A stretch of DNA of 63,130 bases, filler included, from Reclinomonas americana ATCC 50394 (lineage: Eukaryota), in assembly GCA_048213135.1 (NCBI GenBank). It is 5 parts of 3 records of this genome, joined end to end, with 100 filler letters (N's around TTAATTAATTAA, not from the genome) between each part and the next. Parts side by side here need not be neighbours in the genome. Positions count along the whole stretch, not along the records: positions 1 to 17,057 come from PS015265.1; positions 17,158 to 32,661 come from PS015265.1; 3 more parts are not named here. One strand, written 5' to 3'. The position numbers and the translations under genes are program-made. Under the pieces are notes generated by a model. The model searched no databases, was not told the origin of the DNA, and saw nothing but the letters and a program-made list of their open reading frames with translations. Numbering within the stretch: the first letter of the stretch is position 1; each line of letters begins with the position of its first letter. Below are positions 12,206 to 26,083 of the stretch, piece after piece.

Positions 12206-15200
12206 ATGAGTGCCACCAGTCTGCTGGTTGCTCTCTCGCACCGGCTGCCCAGTGCCAAACGAGCAATCAAGCAGCTGAGAAGAGAGCTGCAGACGCAGAG
12301 TGCACTGCTCGCTGATATCTGGTGTGTGCACACTCAATCAAGTGTCTCTCTCTTTCGCTCACATAGTGCGCAGTGTGGATGTCTGCTCACGACACACCAG
12401 CAGTCAAGCCGCATACGAGGAGATCGCCAGCAGGTGCTGCAGGAAAAAGACACACTTAGTTGTCATCTTTTTCCCGCTCTCACACTCAGACACACAGATT
12501 CGGCGTTCTTCGCTCTCGCGACGCTCTTCACAGCATTCTGCACGTGTGGCGACACGCGTCTATGAACGACTTGTCGCCTCTGGTGGGACACGCACGCAGA
12601 GCGATGAATCACTCACAGCATGGGAAACGCAAGACATCAACAACTGGAGTGAGCGATCAGCAGCGATCATTGATGCATCGTGTCAAGGGCGTATGTGAGC
12701 GACTGTTCACGGCCAATGCATGCACAGTGGACGTGAAGAGCGTGCGTTCTCTCTCTCACTTCACCCACTGCTCGCTGGCTGCTTACAATGGTAAGTGCAG
12801 TATCTGTTGCATGCGGCATTGGACGATGTGCAAGAGGCGGCAGCTGAGGGGCGACGCAAACCGTGGAAGCACGTGTATTCGCCGTGGGATAAGGCGCTGC
12901 ATGTGGCGTTCAGTCGCATGTATGCGCATGTGGTGGCGCATGAGTATTGTCGATTGCGGGAGCAGCGTGTGGCGTGGTTGGTGTGGAGGAGGCGGTTTCG
13001 CGTGGAGTGGGAGAAGCGGCGCAAGGTGTTGGAGGTCAGGCAGTTGATTCGTGCGGCGTTGCACTGGAAGGCGGCGTTGTTGAGGTGCGGGGATCGTCGT
13101 GCCGTTGGTGGACGTAGGTTTTTGCTCATGGCGGTGTCGGGTGACAGGCGGTTGTTGTTGGGTTGGAAGAGTGTGGTTCGGCGGCGGCATCGTGTGACGG
13201 ACTTGAGTCAGACGATGCAGCTGGCCAGTCGCACACCGCAGTGCGAGTCCAAGTTTCGTCAGCGGTGGATGGTGCAGGCGGCGTTTCGGCGGTGGAAGGA
13301 GGCGTACAGGCTGTTGCGTCTGAAGAAGGGGGAAGGGGGAGGGAGAGAGGGAGAGAGAGAGAGGAGGGAGGGACGGAGAAGAGAGAGAGAGGAGGAAGGT
13401 TTGAGGCACAAGAAAGAGTGAGCAACAGAGAGAGGAGAGAGAGAGAGAGCGAGCGAGCGTTTCTCTGGCAGTGAGGGGAATGAGTGGAGAGGGAGTTTTG
13501 CGATCTTGTTGATGACACAACGAAGGGTTTGGAGGAATGTGACTGCAGAGAAAAAAGTCGTACAGCAGAGAGTTATTCTTGGGTTTACTTCCGTCACCTC
13601 ACTCGCTCGTGATCACCAGAGAGCGAGTGCGATACCAGCGCGTGGTGTATGTGGCGCACCGCTGTCTGGTGGCCTGGCGACATTTGGTGCGCCAGGCGGA
13701 CACGCTGCATCGGCGGCAGGAGCGCTTTCAGATTGCACTCGAGGTTTGAGTATCTTTCTGCTGCATTTTTTGTGGGTGCTGCAAGTCTGACTGGCAAAAT
13801 GCAGGAGAGGCGTCTGCGCAGGTGTTGGAGCCACTGGTCCATGCTCTTCCGCGTGCACTCCGTGCGACGGAACGGCGTGGTTCGTCGTTTCTTTCGTCGG
13901 TGGCGGCTGGAGACGTGGCTCGCCACCAATTTGCGGCTGGCTGGCGAGTACTATCGGCGCTCGTTGTGTGCGCGTGCACTGTGTGGGTTGTTGGAGACGG
14001 CACGAATTCGACGCTTTCGCCGGCAAAGTGATGAACGGCGTGTGCGGAGTGTGTGGCAAAGGTGCGGAAGGCGAGGCAGGGTACACGAGGTCTTGGTTAT
14101 TCGTTCACGGACAGTCGTGGCGCAGATGGTGTGACCGAAAACAACGTCGTGTGGATGTCCGCGAGCTGGATGATTCCCGGGTGGCGTCCGTGGAGGGACC
14201 GCGCCGACTGCGTATGCTGCGCGCGGCATTCCACCGCTGGTGAGTCTCCTGTTTCGGCGAGCAAGATCATCGCTGCTCCGCAACTGTGTGTTGGTACTTG
14301 TTGTCAAGTGCTGTGCTGTTGTCACTTGGTTTTCAAGTGCTGTGTTGTTGGATTTGAGGGCGTCGTGCTGACTGTCGTGCGTGCAGGGCCACGCGGTACA
14401 CGGCACGGCGAGAGCATCGCGAGAAGAGTGTGATGGCCCGGTACTACTTCGAGGCCAAGCATCGGCACGAGATCCTCCTTCGACACTTTCGCGGCTGGTG
14501 TCTGTTTTCGGCGCGGCATCGGCAGCAACGGGCCAATCGTACGCGGGCCGCGGGATTCCGACGACAGCACCAGTTGGCCGACACGTTTTACCTTTGGCGG
14601 CGACGTCTCCAGGCACAGGAGGCCACGCGGGTGAGTGGCATGGTGGTGTGTGGGTTGCAGGCGATTGCTAATTATTATGGACCTCTTGCGTAGATTCATG
14701 CGCAGATTGTCAGCACCTTTGAAGTGATTCGGGCGCATCGGTTCCTCTTGCGTCACTTTGTGGTGTGGCGCGACTGGACGCGTGCGCAGCTGGCGCAGGA
14801 GCTGGCGATGGCGGATACCGTGTGGCACCTCAGCACGCAACGCTCGTATTTCCGTCGCTGGCGAGAGCAGCATGCTCGGCGCCAGGTGACCGCTGCCATG
14901 AGCGCTCTCGCCACACGGTTCCACGCACGCAAGTTGCAGCGTGCGGTGTTTGAGGAGTGGAGGGTTCGCCATTTGTCACTGTTTCTTTTGAATTCCCGTC
15001 TGTTAGCTGACGTTTCACTCAGCGCACGAGCCGCATACTCGCCGAATACAAGGGCGACGCGGATGTTTTCGCCCGTCAGCTTCTGCTGCGGCGGTACGTA
15101 CGCGAGTGGCGATGGCAGTATCAAATCAGGATTGCGTGCCGTGTGATGGCTGCCGCCCGAGTTGCGTGAGAGGATTTTTCCCCTCTTGACGAAGTTTCTC

Positions 15201-15479
15201 GATGTCATCTGAATCGCCCAGCGCAGGATCAACGGTGGTTCCGCCGGTGTTTCGGGGCGTGGGTGAGTTTTGCATCGAAGCGGGTGTTTCGAGGATATCA
15301 GCGACGCAAGGCGGAAAAGTTTGCCAGACTCCGCCTGTGCAAACGTGTGCTCTTGGCGGTGAGTGCACAGGCGGTGTGGCGTCTGTGGTTGTCGTTGTGG
15401 GTGGCTGATGGTTCCACGACAGTGGTTTCGACAAGCGCGGGTGGAGAGGACGATTCGCGAGGGAGAGGAGAGGCGGTGA
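12206..15479 (+). CDS. Sfi1-like centrin-binding repeat protein, multi-exon
   Basis: Recurrent A-x-(F/Y/H)...L...F-x-x-W units, e.g. AAGFRRQHQLADTFYLWRRR, LATRFHARKLQRAVFEEW, HLSTQRSYFRRWREQH; Arg/Trp rich. Some exon boundaries are approximate. Confidence 0.75.
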
Positions 15480-16432
15480 CGGTCAATGGGAAGGCGACCG
15501 GGCGGTGGGAGAAGAGAGGGAGGGAGAAGGGGTTGGAACGAGAGTGCAAGCGCTTGCGTGTCCTTTTGTCCTCACTTCGCGCTCTCGCTTGCCAGCGTTG
15601 AGTTCAAGATAGTCAGCAGTGCACAAAGAATATCATGGGCGATGAAAACAGCAGTAGCGCCAACTTTACATGCAACTCAAAACCAAAAAAACGACGATGT
15701 CTCCTTCAGTCTCTGTCTCTCTGTCAATTACCGCGCCTCACAGACACAGCTGAGGGTCGCAGAGGCAGTGATACAAGACGACTTCTGCCTCCTCGACAAT
15801 GAAGCACCGCAGCACCGGCAGACTGTGAGAACCGCGACCGAGCTCTCCTCCCCTCGAGCTCCCTCCCCTCCCTCCNNNNNNNNNNNNNNNNNNNNNNNNN
15901 NNNNNNNNNNNNNNNNNNNNNNNNNNNNNNNNNNNNNNNNNNNNNNNNNNNNNNNNNNNNNNNNNNNNNNNNNNNNNNNNNNNNNNNNNNNNNNNNNNNN
16001 NNNNNNNNNNNNNNNNNNNNNNNNNNNNNNNNNNNNNNNNNNNNNNNNNNNNNNNNNNTCCTCCTCCTCCTCCTCCTCCTCCTCCTCCTCCTCCTCCTCC
16101 TCCTCCTCCTCCTCCTCCTCCTCCTCCTCCTCCTCCTCCGTGGCCCTGCAAGCAATGGACTTCTTATGCGCAGATATCGATTCAAATGCTCTGCCAACAG
16201 CGTGCTGCCCATTCATCAGGTGCTACATAGACGCACGGCACACCTCTGAAGTAGCACGCATAGGCTTTGCGCAGACGAGCTTAGGTGGCATGGTAGGCAA
16301 TCAACGGCGGTATACGCGTACATTGTTGTATTTACAAATGCTAGCCCATTCATGAAACCCGAAAAAGAGACGCAGACAACCGGGAGACAATGAATAAAAA
16401 GTCACCGGGTCTGCACCTCCGACGCCTCTCGA

Positions 16433-17058
16433 TTACAACGCAAGCGCCACCGCCAGCAGAGCGGCAATGGACATCAGCACCACAGTCCACAGCGACGACG
16501 TCGCCGCGAAACCGGCACCACCAACCGTCGATAGCCGCAGACTGGCCGACGGGATCGACTGGCCAAACGAGTTGATGGCGCGCACGTTCACCACGTACGG
16601 CGTGCCAGGCTGCAGGTTCGACTGAGTGAACGTGTAGTTGGCGCGCGACGACGACGTCGAGTCGGTGGCGTTCTTGTAGCCAACAAGCACATTGCCGCCG
16701 TTTTCAGGCACCGTCTGAATCACGTACGTCGTAATCGGTGCCAGACCAGTGTACGCAGGCGTTGAGAAGCTGATGCTCATCGAAGTGTACGTGGTCGAAC
16801 CTTGAGTCGGAGCCGACGGCGGCGCGGGCTGAGCAGTCTGCGACAGCGCACCGTGAGTCGGCGTGCCAACGTTGTTGTCCACTGCGCCGTGTGAGCCCTG
16901 CCCGAGGCCCACTGCATTGCCACCGATCAGCACCATGCGGTAGCGCGACGACGGCTTGATGGTCTGGAACAGCTGCACGCAAGTGCCGGCAATGGCCGGG
17001 TTGGTGCCGCTGCCGAGCACAGCAGTGTTCATGCCCAGGCCGTCAGCAGCGGCCGGGN
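16433..17058 (-). CDS. Fibronectin type III surface protein, C-terminal part, with GPI-signal-like hydrophobic tail
   Basis: FN3 pattern SISFSTP...PITTYVI...NLQPGTPYVVNVRAINSFGQS followed by LWTVVLMSIAALLAVALAL-stop; 5' end cut by the gap. Confidence 0.8.
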
Positions 17059-17101
17059 NNNNNNNNNNNNNNNNNNNNNNNNNNNNNNNNNNNNNNNNNN
17101 N

Positions 17102-17113
17102 TTAATTAATTAA
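17102..17113. other. Artificial join linker TTAATTAATTAA within N-run (also 32706-32717, 60014-60025, 61713-61724)
   Basis: Identical 12-mer with stops in all six frames, centred in N-padding at four sites. Confidence 0.95.
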
Positions 17114-17831
17114 NNNNNNNNNNNNNNNNNNNNNNNNNNNNNNNNNNNNNNNNNNNNTCCTCCTTCCTCCTCCTCCTCCTCCTCCTCCTCCTCCTCCTCC
17201 TCCTCCTCCTCCTCCTCCTCCTCCTCCTCCTTGTTCCTCCTTCCCACTCTCAATCTCTCCAGCACTCTTTGACAACCGGTTTGATCGTACAAGAAAACCT
17301 GATCGTTCAATTCCCGTTGGCAAGCCTCTCTCTTTGCGCTGTCACGCTCTCACTCCCTCTGTCCTCCTCCTCCACCTGTTCCTCTTTCTCCTCCTGTTCC
17401 TCCCCCTCTCCTCCTCCAGACACCCTGTTGCTGTCTGATTATCATTCAGGAAGACCTGTTCATTCAGATTCTACCACTGTCTGTTTGCTTGCAAGGCCCT
17501 GTCCCTGTCTCTTATCACTCGTAACTGCCTCTCTCCTCCCCGCTCCCGGCCCCTCCTCCGCCCTCCTCATCCTTTCCTCCTCCCTCTCCAGCTCTTGCAT
17601 GATCACCCCGATTTCCGACAACTGGCTGTTCATTCTTGTCCCTTTGGCAAGCCTCTCTGCTTGCACTCTCTCTTGCGCTCTCAAGCTCCCTGTCCCTCAA
17701 ACACTCACTCCCGCACACTCCGACCTTCATTTTTGGACAACTATTCCTTTTTATCGCATTCGCGTCACACTCTCATCGCCTTCACACAAATCGGACTTCA
17801 TCCACCTTGTTTTTCTGTGTCGCGTTGAGCC

Positions 17832-20066
17832 ATGACCACCATGCACCGACTATCACTTCTCCTGCTGTCTCTCGTCGTGCTCTTCGCTGTATCTGTGCAC
17901 GCTGGCGCCGGCACGTGCGGTGCTCGCTTGCGCGGTTCCCGCATCGAGCCGCAACAGCGTCCTCATCGTCCCATGATGCCGCTGGCATTCAACACCACAG
18001 TGCAGTACACTGGCGAGCTGGGCGGCATGGTGACCACCAGAGTCTTTTACAATAAGGCACTGAGGTCCACTTGGGTTGCACGAAATAGAGAATCGTCTAA
18101 TTTGTGTTGCGTGGCGCTTACTTGGGCGCTTGCGCGCAGTCGGTACCGCTTGGACTCGTATGGCATCCCCACGCCGCCGATGCTGGGCTTGTCGCGCCTG
18201 CCGGAGTCTGTCACGCAGCGATTGTTGAAGGCGAACAGTGGCGACGAGGACGGCCCGTACCCGCCGCTCGGTCTGTACACTTTCTTCTTCCACTACGACA
18301 AGGTGAGTCTCTTTGCTGAAACGGTGGCGAGTGTATGGGAAGCTCACACTGCTTCTGAACAGGGCCAGATGCTGTCGATCTGGCCGGTGCGTTGTGCGTG
18401 TTTGTCTCTCTCTTGGTCGGCTGTTGCTCACGGCGGTGGTGATGCAGGGTAACGGAAAGGCCACGTGCCTCATTACCGATGTTGCGTGCTGGTATCAAGG
18501 GTGGAAGCCATGTTCATTCGGTGACTCAATTCCATGTCACGCGCAGATCAACCCGGCCACGCCACCCCCGCTCGCGCTCTCAAAGTGCGTGATTTTCGAC
18601 GAGGAGAACTTGCCCTTTGATTCCTCCCTCATCTCTCTCGCCCACAGCAACGCCTACTTTGTCGGCAACATGGACATCAACAACCGCACGTGCTCTCACT
18701 GGCGCGACGAGTATCTCTTCCTCACCACCGACATGTTCTTCGACAATGAGACGAATAATCCGGCAATGTGCGTCACTTACTCAGGGGGAAAGGGGGAGAG
18801 GGGTGAGAGGGAGAGAGTAAGGAGAGGGCGAGGGGAGGATCACGTTCGTTTGTGTCGCGGTCATTATCGGCAATGTGCGTCACAGTCAGGAGAAGGAGGA
18901 AAGGGGGAGTGAGAGACTGAGTGAGCAAGTAATGAGTGCAATAAGGAGAGGGTGAGGGGAACATCACGTTCGTTTGTGTCGCGGTCATTATATCTTGTTT
19001 TATTTTGTGTGTGAGTGATAGTGAGTGTGTGAGCGGGAGAGAAAGGTAGATGCCTGACCTGCCACGGTCCAGCTTTGGGCTCTCTTATGTCGCGCGATAT
19101 TACTTGTTGTGTCATACTCCAAGTTTCTTTTCCGATTGTTGCTTCCGGTAGAACTGTTGCATGCTCGTTGACATCAAGATCACCTTTGATTGTGTCGCGG
19201 TCATTATCGGCAAGCAATCTTGTTTTATTTTGTGTGTGAGCGGGAGAGAAAGGTAGATGCCTGTCTTGTACTGGCGGTTTCTGCCACCGTCCAGCTTTGT
19301 GCTCTCCATCGCATGATGTTGCTTGTTGTGTCATACTCCATGCTTCTTTTCCTATTGTTGCTTCCAGTAGAACTGTTGCATGCTCGTTGACATCAAGATC
19401 ACCTTTGTTTGTGTCGCGGTTATTATCGGCATGCTGTCTAGTTTATTTTGTGTGTGAGTGACAGTGAGTGTGTGAGCGCACCGTCCAGCTTTGGGCTCTG
19501 TATGTCATCGCATGATGTTACTTGTTGTGTCATACTCCATGCTTTTTGCTTCCGGTAGACCTGTTGCATGCTCGTAGACATCAGTTTTCCTCTTTATATT
19601 TCTGTCTGCTGCTTCGCCGTCCCGTTCGTGTCTCATTATTTCTCGCACGCCGAAGTGTGGTTTGTGCAGTGTCTCTCCTGCTCTCTCTCTCTCTCTCTCG
19701 TGTCTGTCTGCCATTTGCCTGTCTGCCAGTCTCGTTAACTTTCCCCGTGTAACTCGATAGTCAGGTGTCAGTGACTCTTTTTCTCTCTTTCGCCTTCTTC
19801 GTCTTGTGGATGTGTTTATTCTCTCTCTCTACCTGTCTGTCTCGCTCTCCAATGTCAGCCGCGTGTGACACTCACTTCTCAACTCTGTGCAGGTTGACTT
19901 TCGGCACCGACGTCTACACCTTTATCGATTTCATGGCCGGCCCGCAAGACATTACGTTCTTTGATGTTGCGTAACTGCGGTGCTCTGCTCTGTCTCCTGC
20001 CTTCTCACCGCCTGCTGTTGTTGCGCGCTGCAGCCGCCGGGCGACATTCAATGTAAGCACGAGTAA
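17832..20066 (+). CDS. Secreted/lysosomal ependymin-related (EPDR-like) protein
   Basis: Signal peptide; spliced protein has PLAF...FYNKALR-RYRLD...C...YFVGNMDINNRTCSHW...NPAM-LTFGTDVYTFIDFMAGPQDITFFDPPGDIQC, the ependymin-like layout ending in F-x-x-P-x(n)-C. Confidence 0.6.
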
Positions 20067-20120
20067 CGACGTCGTGGCGGATAGCAGAGAGAGAGAAAAC
20101 ACCAAAAATTGTTGTACTAT

Positions 20121-22758
20121 TCATTGTACTTTTCTGGTTTGCTTGCTTTCGTCGGCGGCGACAAGGGGTTTGGCGGTGTAGTGGCCGCCCGTGTTGTGCA
20201 TGAATGGGGCGTCGAGGAGGCCGAGGAGGCCGAAGTTGTAGTTGAAGCTGATTGGGGGAAGACGGAAGAGGGGAAGGGAGATTAGGGGAAGGCGGAGGGG
20301 GGGGAAGGAGGTGCAAAAGGGCAGAGAGAGAAGACAAGGGAGAGAGAGTGCAAGTGGGAGAGAAAACAAGCGGGAGAGACGCAGATATGCAACGGGACTT
20401 CGAGAAGAACAAATTTAAGTGCATGGGGACGACGAGGGGAGCGGTGAAGGGGAGAGCAAACGAGTTAAGGGGAGAGGGAGCATGTGGGAAAGAACAGAGT
20501 GAGAGAAAGAGCAAGCGAGAAAGCAAGCGAGAAAGCAAGCGAGAGAGAGAAAGAACAGATATTCGAAGAAAGGAGAGAGCACGCGAGAGAGAAGTAATTG
20601 AAGAGGGATGTGGAGAAGGAACGGGTTGAAGAGAAGGGGGATGGAAAGGAAATGGCGGAGCAGGAAAGCGCGGGGGAAGGGGAGAGGTGCACAGGGGAGA
20701 GACAGAGACAGCAAGAAAGAGGGCAAGCGAGAGAGAGAGGAGAGTAAGTCGGAGAGAGAACGCGAGAATACAAGCGAGACTTGAGAAAGGACGCGCTGAA
20801 GAGATGGGAGACAAGGAGAGGAGAGAGAAGAGAGGAGAGAGAGAAGAGAAGTCGGGGCGAGTGCAAGCAAGCGGGATAGACGAAGAATGTAAGGGGATTC
20901 GGAGAAGAACGAATTGAAGAGAACGGGGACGACGAGGTGAGCGGTGGAGCAGGAAAGCAGATGCGGGAAGGAGAGAGCACGCGATAGGCGAAACAGAGAA
21001 AGAGAGCAACTAAGGGAACCATGTCTTCCACTCACCTGTAATGGTGGTAATCGTGGAAGAGCGGCGAGTACGAGCCCACCATCCACGGGCTGCTCGAGAG
21101 AGAGAGTCAGTAGATGCAAATGGCTCAACACAGCGAGATGGACGCAACAACTGGTACCCGCAGTGATGCGCACACGTGCCCGTGACCGCGATGACGGTCC
21201 AGATCCACACCGTCGACATGTGCGCTCCGACGAGCATCGGGCCAGCGGCCAGCGGAAGCATGTTGCCGCACACGAATTCGATGGGATGCGCGTATTCGCT
21301 GAAAGACGAAAGAGGTGAGAAACAGTGAGACGCCCTTGTGTGTTTTCGACCCTGACTCACCTGGCGATCGCAATCGGCGCGGTGAATCTGTGAAAAGAGG
21401 GTGTCACGCTAAGATGCAAACGTGACGGGAAGTGCAGGCGCCGACACGCAACTCATGGTGGATCTTGTGGATTGGCCTGCGATAGAGACGATGAGCGACA
21501 ACGCAAACGCACAGCAACGGAGATTGCCACGCAACTCATAGAACCACACATGCAGCGCGCGATGCGAATAATAGAACAGAACCTCCAGCACCAGCACCGA
21601 AATCGCCAGGTGCCACAGCGAAACCCACCAAGAGGGGATATCGTCAGGGTCCACCGATACGCCCGAGGCACTGCGCGGGATACGGATTCGACCATGAGTC
21701 CGCCAAACAAACGATGAGAAGAACGAGACAGAGAGGAGGAAGAGGAGAAGGAGGAGAAGGAGAAGGATGTGGAGGAGAAGGAGGCGAAGGAGGAGAAGAA
21801 GGAGAAGGAGGAGAAGGAGGAGGAGAAGGGGGAGGAGGAGGAGGAGAAGGTGGAGGAGAAGGAGGACAAGGAAATGATGAGAAGAGCGAGGAGAGAAAAG
21901 AGGAGAGAAAGAGAAAAAAGGAGGAGAAGGAAGAGGAGGAGGAGAAGGAGAAGGGTGAGGAGGAGGACAAGGAAGAAGTGGAGAGAAAAGATAAAGGGAC
22001 GAAGATGCGCTTCTTCTCTTCCGGTCTCTCCCCGTTTTCTCTTTCATGTATCTGCGGCTTCTTGGTGTTCTTGTTGTTGCAGCTGGTGCTCACCTCCTCC
22101 GACTCTCTCTCTCTCTCTCTCTCTCAACCTGCTCACTTCCTCAGGTTTCTCCTTGAGTTTCTGTCCTCTCATCTCTNNNNNNNNNNNNNNNNNNNNNNNN
22201 NNNNNNNNNNNNNNNNNNNNNNNNNNNNNNNNNNNNNNNNNNNNNNNNNNNNNNNNNNNNNNNNNNNNNNNNNNNNNNNNNNNNNNNNNNNNNNNNNNNN
22301 NNNNNNNNNNNNNNNNNNNNNNNNNNNNNNNNNNNNNNNNNNNNNNNNNNNNNNNNNNNNNNNNNNNNNNNNNNNNNNNNNNNNNNNNNNNNNNNNNNNN
22401 NNNNNNNNNNNNNNNNNNNNNNNNNNNNNNNNNNNNNNNNNNNNNNNNNNNNNNNNNNNNNNNNNNNNNNNNNNNNNNNNNNNNNNNNNNNNNNNNNNNN
22501 NNNNNNNNNNNNNNNNNNNNNNNNNNNNNNNNNNNNNNNNNNNNNNNNNNNNNNNNNNNNNNNNNNNNNNNNNNNNNNNNNNNNNNNNNNNNNNNNNNNN
22601 NNNNNNNNNNNNNNNNNNNNNNNNNNNNNNNNNNNNNNNNNNNNNNNNNNNNNNNNNNNNNNNNNNNNNNNNNNNNNNNNNNNNNNNNNNNNNNNNNNNN
22701 NNNNNNNNNNNNNNNNNNNNNNNNNNNNNNNNNNNNNNNNNNNNNNNNNNNNNNNNNN

Positions 22759-22823
<65 letters not shown>

Positions 22824-23247
22824 AGTGTCCGTCTTCTTCTTCTTCTCGTCGTTGTTGTCGTCGTTGTTGTTGCTCTCCTCCTGCTCCCCTTCCTCCTCCC
22901 CTTCCCTCCTCTCTCTCTCTCTCTCCCCTTCCCTCTCTTTCTCTCCCTTCTCCCTACACTCACCGCATCGCCGCATCCAACACCACATGCACCGGAATCG
23001 CCACCACCGTCTGATTAAACACCACTCTCCGCACACACTTGCGCAGCTGCTCGCCCGTGACACTCACATTCGCCTGCACCTTGTGCGCGCGCACAGCGCG
23101 CGCGAACGACTCAACCAGGCAAAAGAGCACAAAGGGCGCGGAGAAGAGCCAGAAGGTGCCAGTGGCCACTGCCCAGTGCGCGAGGGGCCAGCGGAGGAAG
23201 TGCGGGAGAGGGATGGAGTCGATGGTGGCGACAATGGCGTTCCACAT
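20121..23247 (-). CDS. Fatty acid hydroxylase/sterol desaturase family protein (FAXDC2-like)
   Basis: His boxes after splicing: FYYSHRALH, IHKIHHEFTAP, YAHPIE, HHCGYQFPW, FHDYHH, NYNFG. Confidence 0.9.
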
Positions 23248-23473
23248 GATTGTGATTGATTGATAGTGTCCTGTGCGCGATATGCAAGGATGTTTAAGCT
23301 TTGTGTGGTGTGTAGTTGCGTTCTATGGTGATATGTAGCTGGCTGAACTGCGACCTGGAGACCTTCGCGACGAAGAACCGCGAAGTCCGCGACAATGCAT
23401 TTGTCCTGCACGTCGCCCCGCGGATTCACCAAAGTCATCTCAAGCCGCGTGCGAGAGCCAGAGAAAGCGAGCC

Positions 23474-26051
23474 ATGCTCCGTCTCACAGTAAGTCATCTA
23501 CACACGCTCACACACTCCTGCAACACATTCAAAGTGTTGTGCAGAAGTCGACATGTGCACCATCTCTCACTCTTTCTCTTTGCCTCCCTCTCTCAGACAC
23601 TTGCACAGCGCACGTTCGCTGTGGTGAGTCGCTCCTCGCCGTCACTGCACAGCGCGTCGACATCGACCGGCGTGTCGCGCGCGTACCCGATTATCGATCA
23701 CTCGTATGATGCGATTGTGGTGGGCGCGGGAGGTGCTGGATTGCGTGCGGCAAGTTGAGTGTGGAAGAGAGAGGGNNNNNNNNNNNNNNNNNNNNNNNNN
23801 NNNNNNNNNNNNNNNNNNNNNNNNNNNNNNNNNNNNNNNNNNNNNNNNNNNNNNNNNNNNNNNNNNNNNNNNNNNNNNNNNNNNNNNNNNNNNNNNNNNN
23901 NNNNNNNNNNNNNNNNNNNNNNNNNNNNNNNNNNNNNNNNNNNNNNNNNNNNNNNNNNNNNNNNNNNNNNNNNNNNNNNNNNNNNNNNNNNNNNNNNNNN
24001 NNNNNNNNNNNNNNNNNNNNNNNNNNNNNNNNNNNNNNNNNNNNNNNNNNNNNNNNNNNNNNNNNNNNNNNNNNNNNNNNNNNNNNNNNNNNNNNNNNNN
24101 NNNNNNNNNNNNNNNNNNNNNNNNNNNNNNNNNNNNNNNNNNNNNNNNNNNNNNNNNNNNNNNNNNNNNNNNNNNNNNNNNNNNNNNNNNNNNNNNNNNN
24201 NNNNNNNNNNNNNNNNNNNNNNNNNNNNNNNNNNNNNNNNNNNNNNNNNNNNNNNNNNNNNNNNNNNNNNNNNNNNNNNNNNNNNNNNNNNNNNNNNNNN
24301 NNNNNNNNNNNNNNNNNNNNNNNNNNNNNNNNNNNNNNNNNNNNNNNNNNNNNNNNNNNNNNNNNNNNNNNNNNNNNNNNNNNNNNNNNNNNNNNNNNNN
24401 NNNNNNNNNNNNNNNNNNNNNNNNNNNNNNNNNNNNNNNNNNNNNNNNNNNNNNNNNNNNNNNNNNNNNNNNNNNNNNNNNNNNNNNNNNNNNNNNNNNN
24501 NNNNNNNNNNNNNNNNNNNNNNNNNNNNNNNNNNNNNNNNNNNNNNNNNNNNNNNNNNNNNNNNNNNNNNNNNNNNNNNNNNNNNNNNNNNNNNNNNNNN
24601 NNNNNNNNNNNNNNNNNNNNNNNNNNNNNNNNNNNNNNNNNNNNNNNNNNNNNNNNNGAGAGAGAGAGTAGAGAGAGAGAGAGAGAGAGGGAGGAGGGAG
24701 AGTGGGAATGTTTGTGAATTTTTGTGAGGTGTTGGCGGCGCGGCGGAGAGATGCGATTATCTCCTTGGAGAGATGGGATAGTGAGGGTTAGGCGCGCGCT
24801 TTATCCGTTGCATACATGCTTGCTGTGCACGCAGAGGCACATACTCACTGCTCTCTCACTCACTAATGCACGGCCTGTGATATTCTCCTTGGAGTGGTCC
24901 ACAACTCTCTATGTCGTCTGCTTGTGCTGCGCACAGGAGACACACATGCAGTCGCACGTACTCTCTTTCTCTCTCCCCCTGTCTCTCTCTGTCTCTCTCT
25001 CTGACGCACACGCTGATTGTGATTATCTCCTTCAAGTGTTTTCCAAGAGATAAGAGTCGGAAAGAAGCAGCCCGCTTGTCTTCTACATGCATGTAGCGTA
25101 ATACACACGTATTGTGTTGTGTAGCGCCTTTGTTTTCTCTGCCCATATCGGAATAGCCGCACCCTCTCTCGCACAAGTTTCTCTGTTCACCGCGTTGATT
25201 GTCATCTTTGCCTTTCTCCTTCTGAAGCACCTCCTGCATTCGTTGAGGCACCTTACGTTCTTCGCTGAGCCCTGTTCACGGTGACACGTCAAAACACTCG
25301 GAGTTCCATCCGCATTCGCCTTATGTTCCTCTCATCTCACCCCCTCCCTTCCCCCCTTCACCCTTCCCACTTTTCCCCCTTCCCCCTTCCCCCTTCCCCC
25401 TCTCACCCCCCTTCCCCCCTTAGCCGGTCTCGCCGAAGCCGGCTACTCATGCGCCGCCATCACCAAGCTCTTCCCGACACGCTCGCACACGGTCGCCGCG
25501 CAGGGTGGCATCAACGCCGCCCTCGGCAACATGAGCAAGGACAAGTGGCAGTGGCACGCCTACGACACGGTCAAGGGCAGCGACTGGCTCGGCGATCAGG
25601 ACGCCATTCAGTACATGTGCCGCGAGGCACCACAGACGGTGATTGAGCTGGAGCACATGGGAGTGCCGTTCTCGCGTACCGAGGAGGGCAAGATCTACCA
25701 GCGTGCTTTTGGTGGTCAGAGTCTGGAGTTTGGAAAGGGTGCGTGGAGAGGGCAAGGGGTGGGAGAAGGGGAAGTAGTCTCTCTCTCGGGGTTGTCGTGT
25801 CTCGGGTTCTCGTTCTGTTTGTCTCTGTATTTTCTTTCATGATACCTATGCGCGTGTCTCTCTTTCCATCTCTCGGTTTCTCCATTCTCTTTGTCTCTGT
25901 GTTTTTACTTCCGCGACTCTTATGTGCGTGTCTTTCTTTCCGTGTCTTTGTTTCTTTCTCTTCTTGTCTCTCTCTCTCTCTCTCTCTCAGTTTCTTTCTT
26001 CTGCGACACTTCTGTGCGTGTCTCTCTTCTGTGTCTCGGTTTGTTTTCTCT

Positions 26052-26083
<32 letters not shown>

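Noticed and set aside
20005-22830. Long Leu/Ser/Arg/Glu-rich ORFs and ORFs running through N-gaps (also 28.8-29.6 kb, 35.4-37 kb, 40.4-42.5 kb)
   Set aside because: Translations of intronic CT/GA microsatellites and N-runs, not proteins.
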